Source: a virus. From it: a DNA stretch of 64,000 nt. The notes below the pieces were generated by a model. The model had not been told where the DNA came from. It worked only from the letters and a program-made list of their open reading frames with translations, and did no database searches. Of the stretch, positions 19,229 through 27,763 are shown piece by piece (the first letter of the stretch is position 1; every line of letters begins with the position of its first letter). The stretch spans positions 32,001 through 96,000 of the IMG/VR virus record IMGVR_UViG_3300027850_000003, one strand, 5' to 3'. Made by a program: the position numbers and the translations under genes.

Positions 19229-20029
19229 TTATGTGCTAGGTTCCTCTGTATCTGTGCTAGTGATATCGACTATCGGAGCATCGACTGCACTCTTACTCTC
19301 AGTTGTAGACTCTTCTGAAATATTTTGGTCTACTGTCTCGGATTCTATTGGTTTCTCCGTTACAGTTTCCGATGGTGGGAGAGCAGGTAAACCCTGATAA
19401 TGACGGGATAAATGCCCCAAATCAGTTTTAACTGCTAAATCAAGCTTATACTGATAGGTTTCTATCACTTCTTCGGTGCTTACTTCTAAGTTAGGAGAAG
19501 CATCACCAGTTCCTTTCTCACCTGAGATAAGGTTTGTGCGGGTTTCCAGATATGATATGTAGAAGAGGATCATCTTCACTAATCCCACTGTATAGCCGTT
19601 TGTTGCAGCGCTAGATGTTAAATGTGTATAGAAAGCATCCCCGAATACCCATTGGGCAAACAAGTCTTCTAATGAGGTAGACTCAAACTCATCATAATTT
19701 GAGTTGATAGGAAGATGGATGCGATCCACCTTATCTATATATGATGGCTCAAACGATAGCTTAACAGTAGCATTAGAGTTAACCTCAAACGTTGCTACGG
19801 TTCTTGGGATTTGATCGACCGCACTCTGATAACTGAATTTTAACAACTTTGATGTTTTGCTGGCAGTCAAAGAAATCTGTAAATATTCAGTCTTGCTATC
19901 TTTTTTTGGCTTGAAGACCTTGAAGACCTTTCCTGTTTTTTTATCTTCTTTCTTTACCATAGTCGCTGGTAGAATCGATAAACGAACGTATTCGATAGAT
20001 TGAATAGATGCGATTTTTTGGTAAGACAT
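19229..20029 (-). CDS. hypothetical protein with acidic S/T/E-rich tail
   Basis: 266-aa ORF with RBS. Confidence 0.75.
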   Translation of the reverse strand: MSYQKIASIQSIEYVRLSILPATMVKKEDKKTGKVFKVFKPKKDSKTEYLQISLTASKTSKLLKFSYQSAVDQIPRTVATFEVNSNATVKLSFEPSYIDKVDRIHLPINSNYDEFESTSLEDLFAQWVFGDAFYTHLTSSAATNGYTVGLVKMILFYISYLETRTNLISGEKGTGDASPNLEVSTEEVIETYQYKLDLAVKTDLGHLSRHYQGLPALPPSETVTEKPIESETVDQNISEESTTESKSAVDAPIVDITSTDTEEPST

Positions 20030-20161
20030 AATTAGTATCCTTTGTTGATGGTTGACGGTTTACAATCCTGATATTACTTAGTAGTTAGGTAGATCGTTAG
20101 ATCCGTTACTAAGCTATTAGGAATGGCTAGGATAATTTACCAGAATACCCCAGCCTATGAA

Positions 20162-23080
20162 TTAGCAGTGATTCAAAGCGTATTCTAACGCCTCTAGATG
20201 GTTAGTTAGGTTTTGGCTTATTGACTCTCTCCAGCTAGGTATGACTGTATCAAGTTTATGCTCTAGAGTGTCAATTGATAGCTGTAACAAACTCTCTATT
20301 CCCACGTTAGGCTGATAACTTTGGAAGATATCTATTAGCTGAATCTTGACTCGATAGTTCCAAGTCTGAGCTGAAGTATCTAATAAACTCCACGGTGTTA
20401 GAAGTACACCATCTGAAGTTCTAAAACCTATCTTGAGATTAGATAAAATATGTAGCTCATCAATGAATGCCCCCCAAACTATTTGCGAGTGATGTCCTCT
20501 AGTTTTGTAGTGAATACTAGCCAGTAGATCCCCAGGGTTTTTACAACTGAGAACTACTCCAGCTAACTCTAACTCTGCCTCTGATTTTGCCCATACTTTC
20601 CAGTTTTTGATCATTGCATCGAATAAAATCTGATTATCGTGTTGATCGTAAACCTCAAGAGTTAAGAGATTGACCAATTTTCCTATATTTACCTCCGAGT
20701 TTGAAGTATAAGGAATTGTGAACTTTTTAAACTCTTTTAGAACTTGTGGCAACCCTTTTGAGTTACCCGTGAACCCTAATAGATCCTTAGTAGACACTGT
20801 TTGAGTCGTTTTGTTTTCTCTCTCTCTTGAGAATAGTCGAACATTATTGTTGATAAACTTTTGACAAATAGCGTTTAGATCGCTTTGTGTTTTTTGAAGT
20901 AGATCAAAGTCTTTTCTCTCATTAGTACACTTAAGGAATGACTGCAAGTTATCCAGAGAAAAACCTAGAGATGATGAGACTTTGACTGGTATCTTACCTT
21001 GCCGTTCCTTATCTCCTATAGGTTTAGTGATTGAGATTAATTGGCGTGTTTGAATATCTCCGTTGAGATATATTTCAACTACTAGCCGTTTGTCAGTCCT
21101 AACAATCATCTCTGACTCGGAGTTAGTAAATGATTTGTCTACTTTCTCACCTTCCTTTAACCTCTTTTTGTAGAATGGGTATACAGACATTAGATGCGCT
21201 TTAATCTCATCATTAGTAGGATAATCTTCCTTAAAGTGCTTTGAGAGTATTTGTGGGATACGTCTCAACCAATTTATCACTAAAGGAATACTAGATCGCC
21301 GAGTAACTCTCTCATCCCCTAAGACTGTCATCGAATAGGTGGGCTTCTCAGTTTCTACTGTCTCAACTATCTTGATGTTGCCGAGTACATGGTATCGGTA
21401 GTAATTATCAGAGTAGCTAGATTCATGCTTTATGTAGTTCTCATTAAGCACAGATCGTATTGATTGTGTTGCTCCTAGAACATCTGTTTTATCAGGTTTT
21501 ATTCCTGATTTGATGTTAGACGTTAGTTGGTCTAATTGAGAGATGATTAGATTGACATTAGTATTAGTGTTTTTTAACTGCACTAATTCAGTTATCTGCT
21601 TAGCTATATGCTCTAACAAATCCCTAGATGGGAGTTTATCAGAAAGATAAATGGTTAAGTCTAATGGATTAGTCCTTATTGGCAGTGCGATTAGTTGCCA
21701 TTGTTGATTAGACTTCTGTACTGTTAAGATACATGGGACGTTTCCTAAGATTGTTCTTAACTGCAATTCGTGATTGTTAGTCCGGGAACCATCGATCTTG
21801 ACTGGTTTAGGTTCTACTCTCTCTGTGATTGTGGCAGGTTTGGGGGGTGATGCGGGTAAATTAGGATGATCAAAACCTTTAAACCATACCGGGGAAACTA
21901 GAAATTTTTCTTGTACTTTGTTTGCAGAAGATACATCCACTTTCTGATTTACACTATCAAGGTATCTCAGAGACTTTGAGGTTTCCCAATGATTAGAATC
22001 TTTATCCATTGGGGATAGGTGTTCTAGACCTATTTTCCACACAGAGAGATCCGGGAATATTTCAGGATCAGAAACTATTGGGTGTAAGTTATGCTCGTTA
22101 GAATCTTTGTTGAAATATGCTAAATGTCTACTCTCCGGGTCAAAGTATGCTATTTTACTCATCCCCTGCACCCACCTACTATCCACTTTCTTGAGATAGG
22201 TTTGGCACAAAAAAGTTTTTTCTTTCTCCTGCACTTTGATAATAGACGGCTCTAATAATGATGCATAGATAGGAGCCGACTCTCTCCCATTTCTTTCTAT
22301 TATCGAACCTTTGCGGTTTTTGATTTCTGCGATTTTCTGTGAGCGATGCACTACTTTTCTCAAATTGCCATCTTGATTGACTTCATAACTTACCGCCGGA
22401 TAGCAGTAAAGAGTCACGGCGTTATATTTTCCGGTTTCTAACTCCCTAATAAAATCTGACTTTTGCCCGGTGGCAGACAGTAAAGCGTTAAGGAATGGCT
22501 CGATGTCCTCATACTTTAAGATTGTTGGGATCTTGACGATCCTGTTTTCTGAATCTTTTTGCCCCATGAAGATAGGGATAGAAAGAGCTAAGTCTTCATC
22601 ATCATCATCATCAGAATTACCAGTTACTGGATCTGAAATCGTTGATTGCTCGACTATCTCAGGTGGATCAATAGGTTCCGAGTCAAAATCATCACTATCA
22701 CCATCATCATCTGAGAATAAATCACTAATCAGTCCGGAGGATACTTTTTCAGTAAACGGGGCAACAGGTGTAGTCTGATTAACCTCTGCTACTTTTTGCG
22801 GTTCATTTATACCTCCGAATAGACCAGTCTCAACACTAAACTCAACATCAACCTCAGCACCATAAATTTGTAATAGCTTTACGTCAGGCAATCTCCCTAA
22901 CGCAGTTCTTAGCTCAGAAATTTTAATCACTCTGCAAGTATCAAAAACTCTTAAAGCTTGACGATCCCATTCATAAACAACACTCTCAATCGTGAAGGTG
23001 AGTAATAGAGGATACTCCGTAAATGCAGATTTCAGAAGATTAAAACCTTCAATCTTATCTTTGATTTTGGGATTGTACAT
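20162..23080 (-). CDS. large hypothetical early protein (972 aa)
   Basis: Long ORF, GGAG RBS, acidic linker near the N-terminus; no motif recognised. Confidence 0.85.
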   Translation of the reverse strand: MYNPKIKDKIEGFNLLKSAFTEYPLLLTFTIESVVYEWDRQALRVFDTCRVIKISELRTALGRLPDVKLLQIYGAEVDVEFSVETGLFGGINEPQKVAEVNQTTPVAPFTEKVSSGLISDLFSDDDGDSDDFDSEPIDPPEIVEQSTISDPVTGNSDDDDDEDLALSIPIFMGQKDSENRIVKIPTILKYEDIEPFLNALLSATGQKSDFIRELETGKYNAVTLYCYPAVSYEVNQDGNLRKVVHRSQKIAEIKNRKGSIIERNGRESAPIYASLLEPSIIKVQEKEKTFLCQTYLKKVDSRWVQGMSKIAYFDPESRHLAYFNKDSNEHNLHPIVSDPEIFPDLSVWKIGLEHLSPMDKDSNHWETSKSLRYLDSVNQKVDVSSANKVQEKFLVSPVWFKGFDHPNLPASPPKPATITERVEPKPVKIDGSRTNNHELQLRTILGNVPCILTVQKSNQQWQLIALPIRTNPLDLTIYLSDKLPSRDLLEHIAKQITELVQLKNTNTNVNLIISQLDQLTSNIKSGIKPDKTDVLGATQSIRSVLNENYIKHESSYSDNYYRYHVLGNIKIVETVETEKPTYSMTVLGDERVTRRSSIPLVINWLRRIPQILSKHFKEDYPTNDEIKAHLMSVYPFYKKRLKEGEKVDKSFTNSESEMIVRTDKRLVVEIYLNGDIQTRQLISITKPIGDKERQGKIPVKVSSSLGFSLDNLQSFLKCTNERKDFDLLQKTQSDLNAICQKFINNNVRLFSRERENKTTQTVSTKDLLGFTGNSKGLPQVLKEFKKFTIPYTSNSEVNIGKLVNLLTLEVYDQHDNQILFDAMIKNWKVWAKSEAELELAGVVLSCKNPGDLLASIHYKTRGHHSQIVWGAFIDELHILSNLKIGFRTSDGVLLTPWSLLDTSAQTWNYRVKIQLIDIFQSYQPNVGIESLLQLSIDTLEHKLDTVIPSWRESISQNLTNHLEALEYALNHC

Positions 23081-23109
23081 TTTTCTCCGATGCCTTAGTA
23101 ACAGGCTAT

Positions 23110-23164
23110 GGCTAACTAGGGAATTGCACCTTAGTGATGGGCTTTATTTATTTACCTAATAGCC
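23110..23164 (-). ncRNA. tRNA-minihelix-like element 7 (degenerate)
   Basis: GGCUAUU..UAAGG-UGCAAUU-CCCUA-GUUAGCC. Confidence 0.55.
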
Positions 23165-23170
23165 GTTAGA

Positions 23171-23494
23171 CTACAAGCCTTTGATTTGTTCTAAGTAGAT
23201 CGAAAAATCATCCTGTTGTGCTTTGTTTTTCTCTATTAGCTCTTTCAAAGATGCTAGAAGACCATCAATAAAATTACACCTTTCAGAGATAGGGAGCAGG
23301 TCTCCGTTATCCACCAGCCACGGTAAATTTACTATACCGTCATCAGCTTTATAGTATATTCCAACTTTCCCATCGTACTCTAATAAAAAATCTCCCTCTA
23401 AGCTATCTCGTATGTAACTCTCGACTTCTGTGTAAAGGATCTTTTCGATGACTAAATCAACTAATTTCTCAAACTGATTTTTGGTTAGTGACAT
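23171..23494 (-). CDS. hypothetical protein
   Basis: ORF in early operon. Confidence 0.6.
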   Translation of the reverse strand: MSLTKNQFEKLVDLVIEKILYTEVESYIRDSLEGDFLLEYDGKVGIYYKADDGIVNLPWLVDNGDLLPISERCNFIDGLLASLKELIEKNKAQQDDFSIYLEQIKGL

Positions 23495-23595
23495 GATTTT
23501 CTTTATCTTTCTAACGTGTTTTCTCAGTCAGTATAGATCACTTTTTAAGTAACCTATATTTGATGAGATGTCCTTAGTTACCTCGGACGATTGAG

Positions 23596-23883
23596 TTATG
23601 GGAATAGTCTATTTGACTCTGCAATTAAAGAGATAAGCTCAACAGTTTCAAATGTCCTTTGAGATTTTTCACTTCCTAGTGAGATATAATTGAAATCTCT
23701 GTCACATATCAAATCTAAATACTGAATAGAATTAGCACGTATTCCGACTTTACTCATTGTTACTATCTGATAAGCGTTCCCATTGGTGAAGTGTTCAGTG
23801 AATGTCACAACGTCCCAATCGCGGAATAAATCAGGTGCATCTTTAACTGTGGAAGCTACTGTGTACTGTGTTTGAGTAGTCAT
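23596..23883 (-). CDS. hypothetical protein, N-terminal paralog of 24800-25393
   Basis: Shared MTTQTQ.TVASTVK...DLICDRDFNY. Confidence 0.7.
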   Translation of the reverse strand: MTTQTQYTVASTVKDAPDLFRDWDVVTFTEHFTNGNAYQIVTMSKVGIRANSIQYLDLICDRDFNYISLGSEKSQRTFETVELISLIAESNRLFP

Positions 23884-23926
23884 TGTGTATCCTTTGTGTA
23901 AAAGTCACCCGGAATTAGGTAACAAA

Positions 23927-23976
23927 GCTCTAATCAAGACTTTCACTTGATAGTAAGATATAAGAACCTATAGAGC
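23927..23976 (-). ncRNA. tRNA-minihelix-like element 8 (subfamily A)
   Basis: GCUCUAU..UCAAG-UGAAAGU-CUUGA-UUAGAGC. Confidence 0.7.
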
Positions 23977-23984
23977 AGTTAGAC

Positions 23985-24191
23985 TTAGTAATTTTCCGTT
24001 TCTACGGTAATCTTGAATCCCACTACCTTTAGATACATTTTGAAGTGCGATTTCTCAACACCTTTACCTCCTACATCTACAAAATTACTCTTATAGTAGA
24101 CGTTGAACCGCCCATCATCAGTGTACATTCCCACATTCAGTGCATCAGAAAACAAGTCGATAGAACCGTTAGCAGTTACGATTAATGTCAT
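23985..24191 (-). CDS. hypothetical protein (start revised to MTLIVT)
   Basis: Aligns from this Met with paralog 16382-16579. Confidence 0.6.
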   Translation of the reverse strand: MTLIVTANGSIDLFSDALNVGMYTDDGRFNVYYKSNFVDVGGKGVEKSHFKMYLKVVGFKITVETENY

Positions 24192-24228
24192 GGTCTTAGC
24201 AGCTAGTCGGTAAAGAATTACTAGCAAC

Positions 24229-24291
24229 ACTCTTTCTAGGAGTCGAACCTAGATCAAGCTAACCCGATTATTTAATCGTATAGCAAAGAGA
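24229..24291 (-). ncRNA. tRNA-minihelix-like element 9
   Basis: CUCUUU..CUAGG-UUCGACU-CCUAG-AAAGAG. Confidence 0.7.
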
Positions 24292-24296
24292 AGAAA

Positions 24297-24695
24297 TTAG
24301 ATGCGGGGATAATTTTGTATATCCGTCTCGCAGAACTCTAGGTATTCTACACTATTTAGCTCCACCTGCTCGTTGTAAGCAGCGTTTGTATCCGAGATAT
24401 GCTCAGGTTGTTTAGTAACAGGTTTTACTAATTTAGCTTTGGGATTGCGTGTGCGTTGTGTCGCTAGGTTTCCCCAGCTTACTACCTCAAAGTTTGGTTC
24501 GATCCAGTTCCCCCAGTCACTTTTATTAGTAGAGCCAATTGGAAAGTGAGCCGGACTTTGACTCGCCCACAGTTTAGCTTGACCTATTGCCTTTACCTCC
24601 GACAGGAAGAAGCTAACAGTGATCCCGCCTGGATTAGGTACACTCCAGAACTCATTAAGATTGACAGAAGTGTTAATTGTGTTAGTGGTAATCAT
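24297..24695 (-). CDS. hypothetical protein
   Basis: ORF in early operon. Confidence 0.6.
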   Translation of the reverse strand: MITTNTINTSVNLNEFWSVPNPGGITVSFFLSEVKAIGQAKLWASQSPAHFPIGSTNKSDWGNWIEPNFEVVSWGNLATQRTRNPKAKLVKPVTKQPEHISDTNAAYNEQVELNSVEYLEFCETDIQNYPRI

Positions 24696-24742
24696 GGTAC
24701 AAGATAAGCTACATGGAATAAGAAATTTCTCATATAGCTAAT

Positions 24743-24792
24743 TCCCCAAATAAGACTTTCACTTAAAAGACAGATATAAGAACTGTTAGGGC
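24743..24792 (-). ncRNA. tRNA-minihelix-like element 10 (subfamily A)
   Basis: CCCUAA..UAAG-UGAAAGU-CUUA..UUGGGG; compensatory acceptor stem. Confidence 0.6.
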
Positions 24793-24799
24793 GGTTGAG

Positions 24800-25393
24800 T
24801 TAGATGATAAAACAGAACACGTTACGGATGAACTCAACACTTTTCATTTTCTCTCCGTCAATTTTCCCGTAGTGGAATAAAGCAGAACATAACCTATCAT
24901 CAATTTCACCTACACTTCCTCTGAACGCTCCTAGTATTCGCCAAAAGCAGATACTTACTACACAATCATCATCACATTGAATGTGGATTATAGCATCTGA
25001 TATTGGGTGCAAACCTTCTGCACGGAATACCAAGTTACCTAGTGAATATTGCAAGATTTTGGCTGATGAGTCTAAGACTTGTTCCTTCAAGGATTGACTT
25101 TTGATCGTACCCGTAGCTGACAAGGTTTTTACCTCATAATCCAGTTCCCGTTGCCTGATGCTTTCTAGTGCGTTATCTGATGCTGAGAGATAATTGAAAT
25201 CTCTGTCACATATTAAGTCAGTAAAGTGATTAGAGCTGGCGCTCAGTTCATTTTTACTCGTCACTACTATCTGGTAGATACCTCCGTAATTAGCAACATA
25301 TTCAGTCGATGTTACAACGTGCCAACTCGAAAATAGCTCAGGTACGTCACCTTTAACTGTAGAAGCTACTGTAGGCTGTGTTTGAGTAGTCAT
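24800..25393 (-). CDS. hypothetical protein (start revised to MTTQTQ)
   Basis: GGAG RBS before ATG at 25393; paralog alignment. Confidence 0.7.
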   Translation of the reverse strand: MTTQTQPTVASTVKGDVPELFSSWHVVTSTEYVANYGGIYQIVVTSKNELSASSNHFTDLICDRDFNYLSASDNALESIRQRELDYEVKTLSATGTIKSQSLKEQVLDSSAKILQYSLGNLVFRAEGLHPISDAIIHIQCDDDCVVSICFWRILGAFRGSVGEIDDRLCSALFHYGKIDGEKMKSVEFIRNVFCFII

Positions 25394-25432
25394 GTGCTTT
25401 CTCCGATAAGTCACCCGGTATTAGGTAACGAT

Positions 25433-25483
25433 GCTCTAGTTAAGATTTTCACTTAACAGTTAGGATATAAGAACCTATAGAGC
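25433..25483 (-). ncRNA. tRNA-minihelix-like element 11 (subfamily A)
   Basis: GCUCUAU..UUAAG-UGAAAAU-CUUAA-CUAGAGC. Confidence 0.7.
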
Positions 25484-25490
25484 GGTTGAG

Positions 25491-25868
25491 TTAATCCTTT
25501 AGACGATCCATGATGTCATCTTTTGTCATCCAAGCTTGATACATTGAGTCTAACTTAGAATGAATTCGGCAACCTGTACTGATAAACTCTTCCCCGTCCT
25601 CATCAAGGTGAGACTGGAATGAGAAACCGCACGATGATTTAAAAATGCAATGTACCAGTTCCCCGACGATGTAGGGAGTGCCAACTACTTTTAACTGCCA
25701 CCGGATCGAGTTTGGATTACCGAGATAGTCAAGAGTCTCAAACTGAAAACCCGCATCGACTAAGTTGTGCTCAATCTTTAGTGCCTGTGAGACTTGGGTT
25801 AACAGTTCAGCAACCTCTGGGTTAGAAGAGAGATACTGTTGGCAGAATGCAGTTTGTGTAATAGCCAT
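25491..25868 (-). CDS. first gene of the leftward early operon, hypothetical
   Basis: GGAG RBS; immediately downstream of the promoters and leader. Confidence 0.7.
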   Translation of the reverse strand: MAITQTAFCQQYLSSNPEVAELLTQVSQALKIEHNLVDAGFQFETLDYLGNPNSIRWQLKVVGTPYIVGELVHCIFKSSCGFSFQSHLDEDGEEFISTGCRIHSKLDSMYQAWMTKDDIMDRLKD

Positions 25869-25920
25869 TTGATTTTCTCCGTTTGTTGTGTGTAAAAGTC
25901 ACCCGGTAGTGAGTGACAAA

Positions 25921-25981
25921 GCTCATAGAAGGAATCGAACCTTCTTCTCTTGATTTGAGATTGTCCCGCACACGATCGAGT
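25921..25981 (-). ncRNA. tRNA-minihelix-like element 12 (weak acceptor)
   Basis: GAAGG-UUCGAUU-CCUUC-UAUGAGC. Confidence 0.55.
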
Positions 25982-26184
25982 AACTCCTAAGAGATTTTAG
26001 ACCGTGATTAGTAGGTGACTTATTTTCCCGGGCGGGCTAGATAACTATTATAGTAAGAACTTTTTAGCTCCTACCTAGCAACCTAGATCCGCGGGGATGA
26101 TTTGAGGTACGCAGGTAACTTAGCGATCTCTTATCTTTGATATCTCCTCCTGGTAACTTAGGAAGTGTGTTTCTTAACTCTTAT

Positions 26185-26213
26185 AATCTATCTTTTATCT
26201 CTTAGAGTGTCAA
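26185..26213 (-). promoter_or_regulatory. sigma70-type early promoter
   Basis: TTGACA-17 bp-TAGATT. Confidence 0.75.
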
Positions 26214-26345
26214 GTCTTTTTAAACTTTTCTCTTATAAGATTTTCTGATGGACTAAAGGTTAGAAGTTCCTTTTAGGCTTATGAAAGCTTTAAAGGTTTG
26301 GCGCGGTTAGAGTGCTGTGTGTGTCCTCCCCGTTTCCATGTATTT

Positions 26346-26374
26346 AAGATAACAAGTCTTTAGGGATGTGTCAA
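26346..26374 (-). promoter_or_regulatory. sigma70-type early promoter
   Basis: TTGACA-17 bp-TATCTT with extended TG. Confidence 0.75.
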
Positions 26375-26998
26375 GCCCTTAAGCGTGTTACTTTCAAACT
26401 ACTTTTCCACTACACGTCTCGGTATCTCTTAAGACTTCTAAGGTGGTCTATAGGGATATAGATAGATAGTACATTTAACGCTCCAGCATCGGTTGAGCAG
26501 GAAGATAGAGCCATCTGGTAGCATTCTGGTAAGGATTAATAGGGATAATATAAGCAATCCCATGTAGTAGTCTGATAATGGACTAGGGTTCCACTACTAA
26601 ATAGGGATAGGGCTTAGGTCTAGCTGAGATGGTAGCAGTCTATGGGAGTACAGGTATAGTAGACGCTCTCGAACCATTACACAGTCTATGGTCTAGGTTC
26701 ACAATCAATCGAACACCTATATATAAGGATCATAGGGTAGCAGATAGTTATCAGATGTCAAGTTAAAATATCTTATAGGTATAATGGATGGAATAGGGAA
26801 TGGTTATATGGAGGTATGTATATGATATATAAGTGAGAGTATACAATGTATAAGAGGCATATTTTGGGGATTTGTGAGTTATTACCCCCTTAACCCTATA
26901 ACAACTAAACCAAACCTAATAACAAATAACCACATTAAATATTAGTTTAAAATACCAAGTAGAATAAGAATAGAGAACATTAATAGTAGATATACAAT

Positions 26999-27673
26999 AT
27001 GGCATTTGAAAAGAAATGGGATTGGGAGTCAATCAGAATGGACTATATGATAGGAGAGATATACATTAATAAGAGTGGTTTAGAAACACATCGACCATTC
27101 ACCATCGCTCGACTATCTGAAAAACATGGAATTCCAAACCCTACAATAGCTGAAAGATGTAAAAAAGAAAAATGGGTTCATCAACGTAACCTATTAGACT
27201 CTCAACTAAAAAGAAGAATGACTGAAGGTAAAGTCACTTCTATATTAGGAGAAGCTAGTATGTTTGATAACTTAGCTCTTGCACAACTAGGTAAAACTAG
27301 CGAATTAGTAAACGCCTATTTTAAACAATATACTGATGTCTTAGCTAGGGACATTAACACTTATGAGTTAGAGTCAGAAGTATACGAACCTCCTAAGATT
27401 AATCCCAGAGACTTAAAGGATATAGTAGGAGTAATCAAAGAAATCCATACCTTATCCAAAGTAATAATGGGAACAGATACTCTCCAAGACAAACTAGAAG
27501 AGATACAAAATAAAAATAAGACTAAACAATTTAAACCCACTGAGATGAATGACAGGATCAAAAAACTCTTAGAGGAAAGACAACGAATGCAATCTATGAT
27601 GAGCCAAGAGAAACGAGCAGTTGAGGAAGTAAATATCTTCAACGTAAAAACAATAACTGAGATAGAATCTTAA
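26999..27673 (+). CDS. probable terminase small subunit
   Basis: WDWESIRMDY..G..TIARLSEKHGI..TI..R.KKEKW HTH; first rightward gene. Confidence 0.65.
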   Translation: MAFEKKWDWESIRMDYMIGEIYINKSGLETHRPFTIARLSEKHGIPNPTIAERCKKEKWVHQRNLLDSQLKRRMTEGKVTSILGEASMFDNLALAQLGKTSELVNAYFKQYTDVLARDINTYELESEVYEPPKINPRDLKDIVGVIKEIHTLSKVIMGTDTLQDKLEEIQNKNKTKQFKPTEMNDRIKKLLEERQRMQSMMSQEKRAVEEVNIFNVKTITEIES

Positions 27674-27683
27674 CCCTTAATAT

Positions 27684-27719
27684 AAAAAGAACTCCTTAGC
27701 TAAATACTAGGGAGTTTTA
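27684..27719. terminator. bidirectional terminator
   Basis: AACTCCTTAG..CTAGGGAGTT hairpin flanked by A- and T-runs between convergent genes. Confidence 0.65.
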
Positions 27720-27763
27720 TTACTATAAGAGTTAAAAAAGGAGCTTTGAAACTATCTTAACTC

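Noticed and set aside
105-22778. Plus-strand ORFs in the leftward region (105, 2018, 5138, 6519, 7703, 9393, 10499, 16023, 17009, 22470)
   Set aside because: Antisense shadows of better-supported genes; Ser/Phe/Leu-rich with no RBS
23520-23590. Hammerhead-like ribozyme (TGATGAG near hairpins)
   Set aside because: No complete CUGANGA/GAAA core with proper stems, and the motif is on the antisense strand
15026-25981. Intergenic repeats as a CRISPR array or as genuine tRNA genes
   Set aside because: Copies are separated by whole genes, not constant-length spacers; they lack a canonical D plus anticodon arm (no U33 loop) and most are too short
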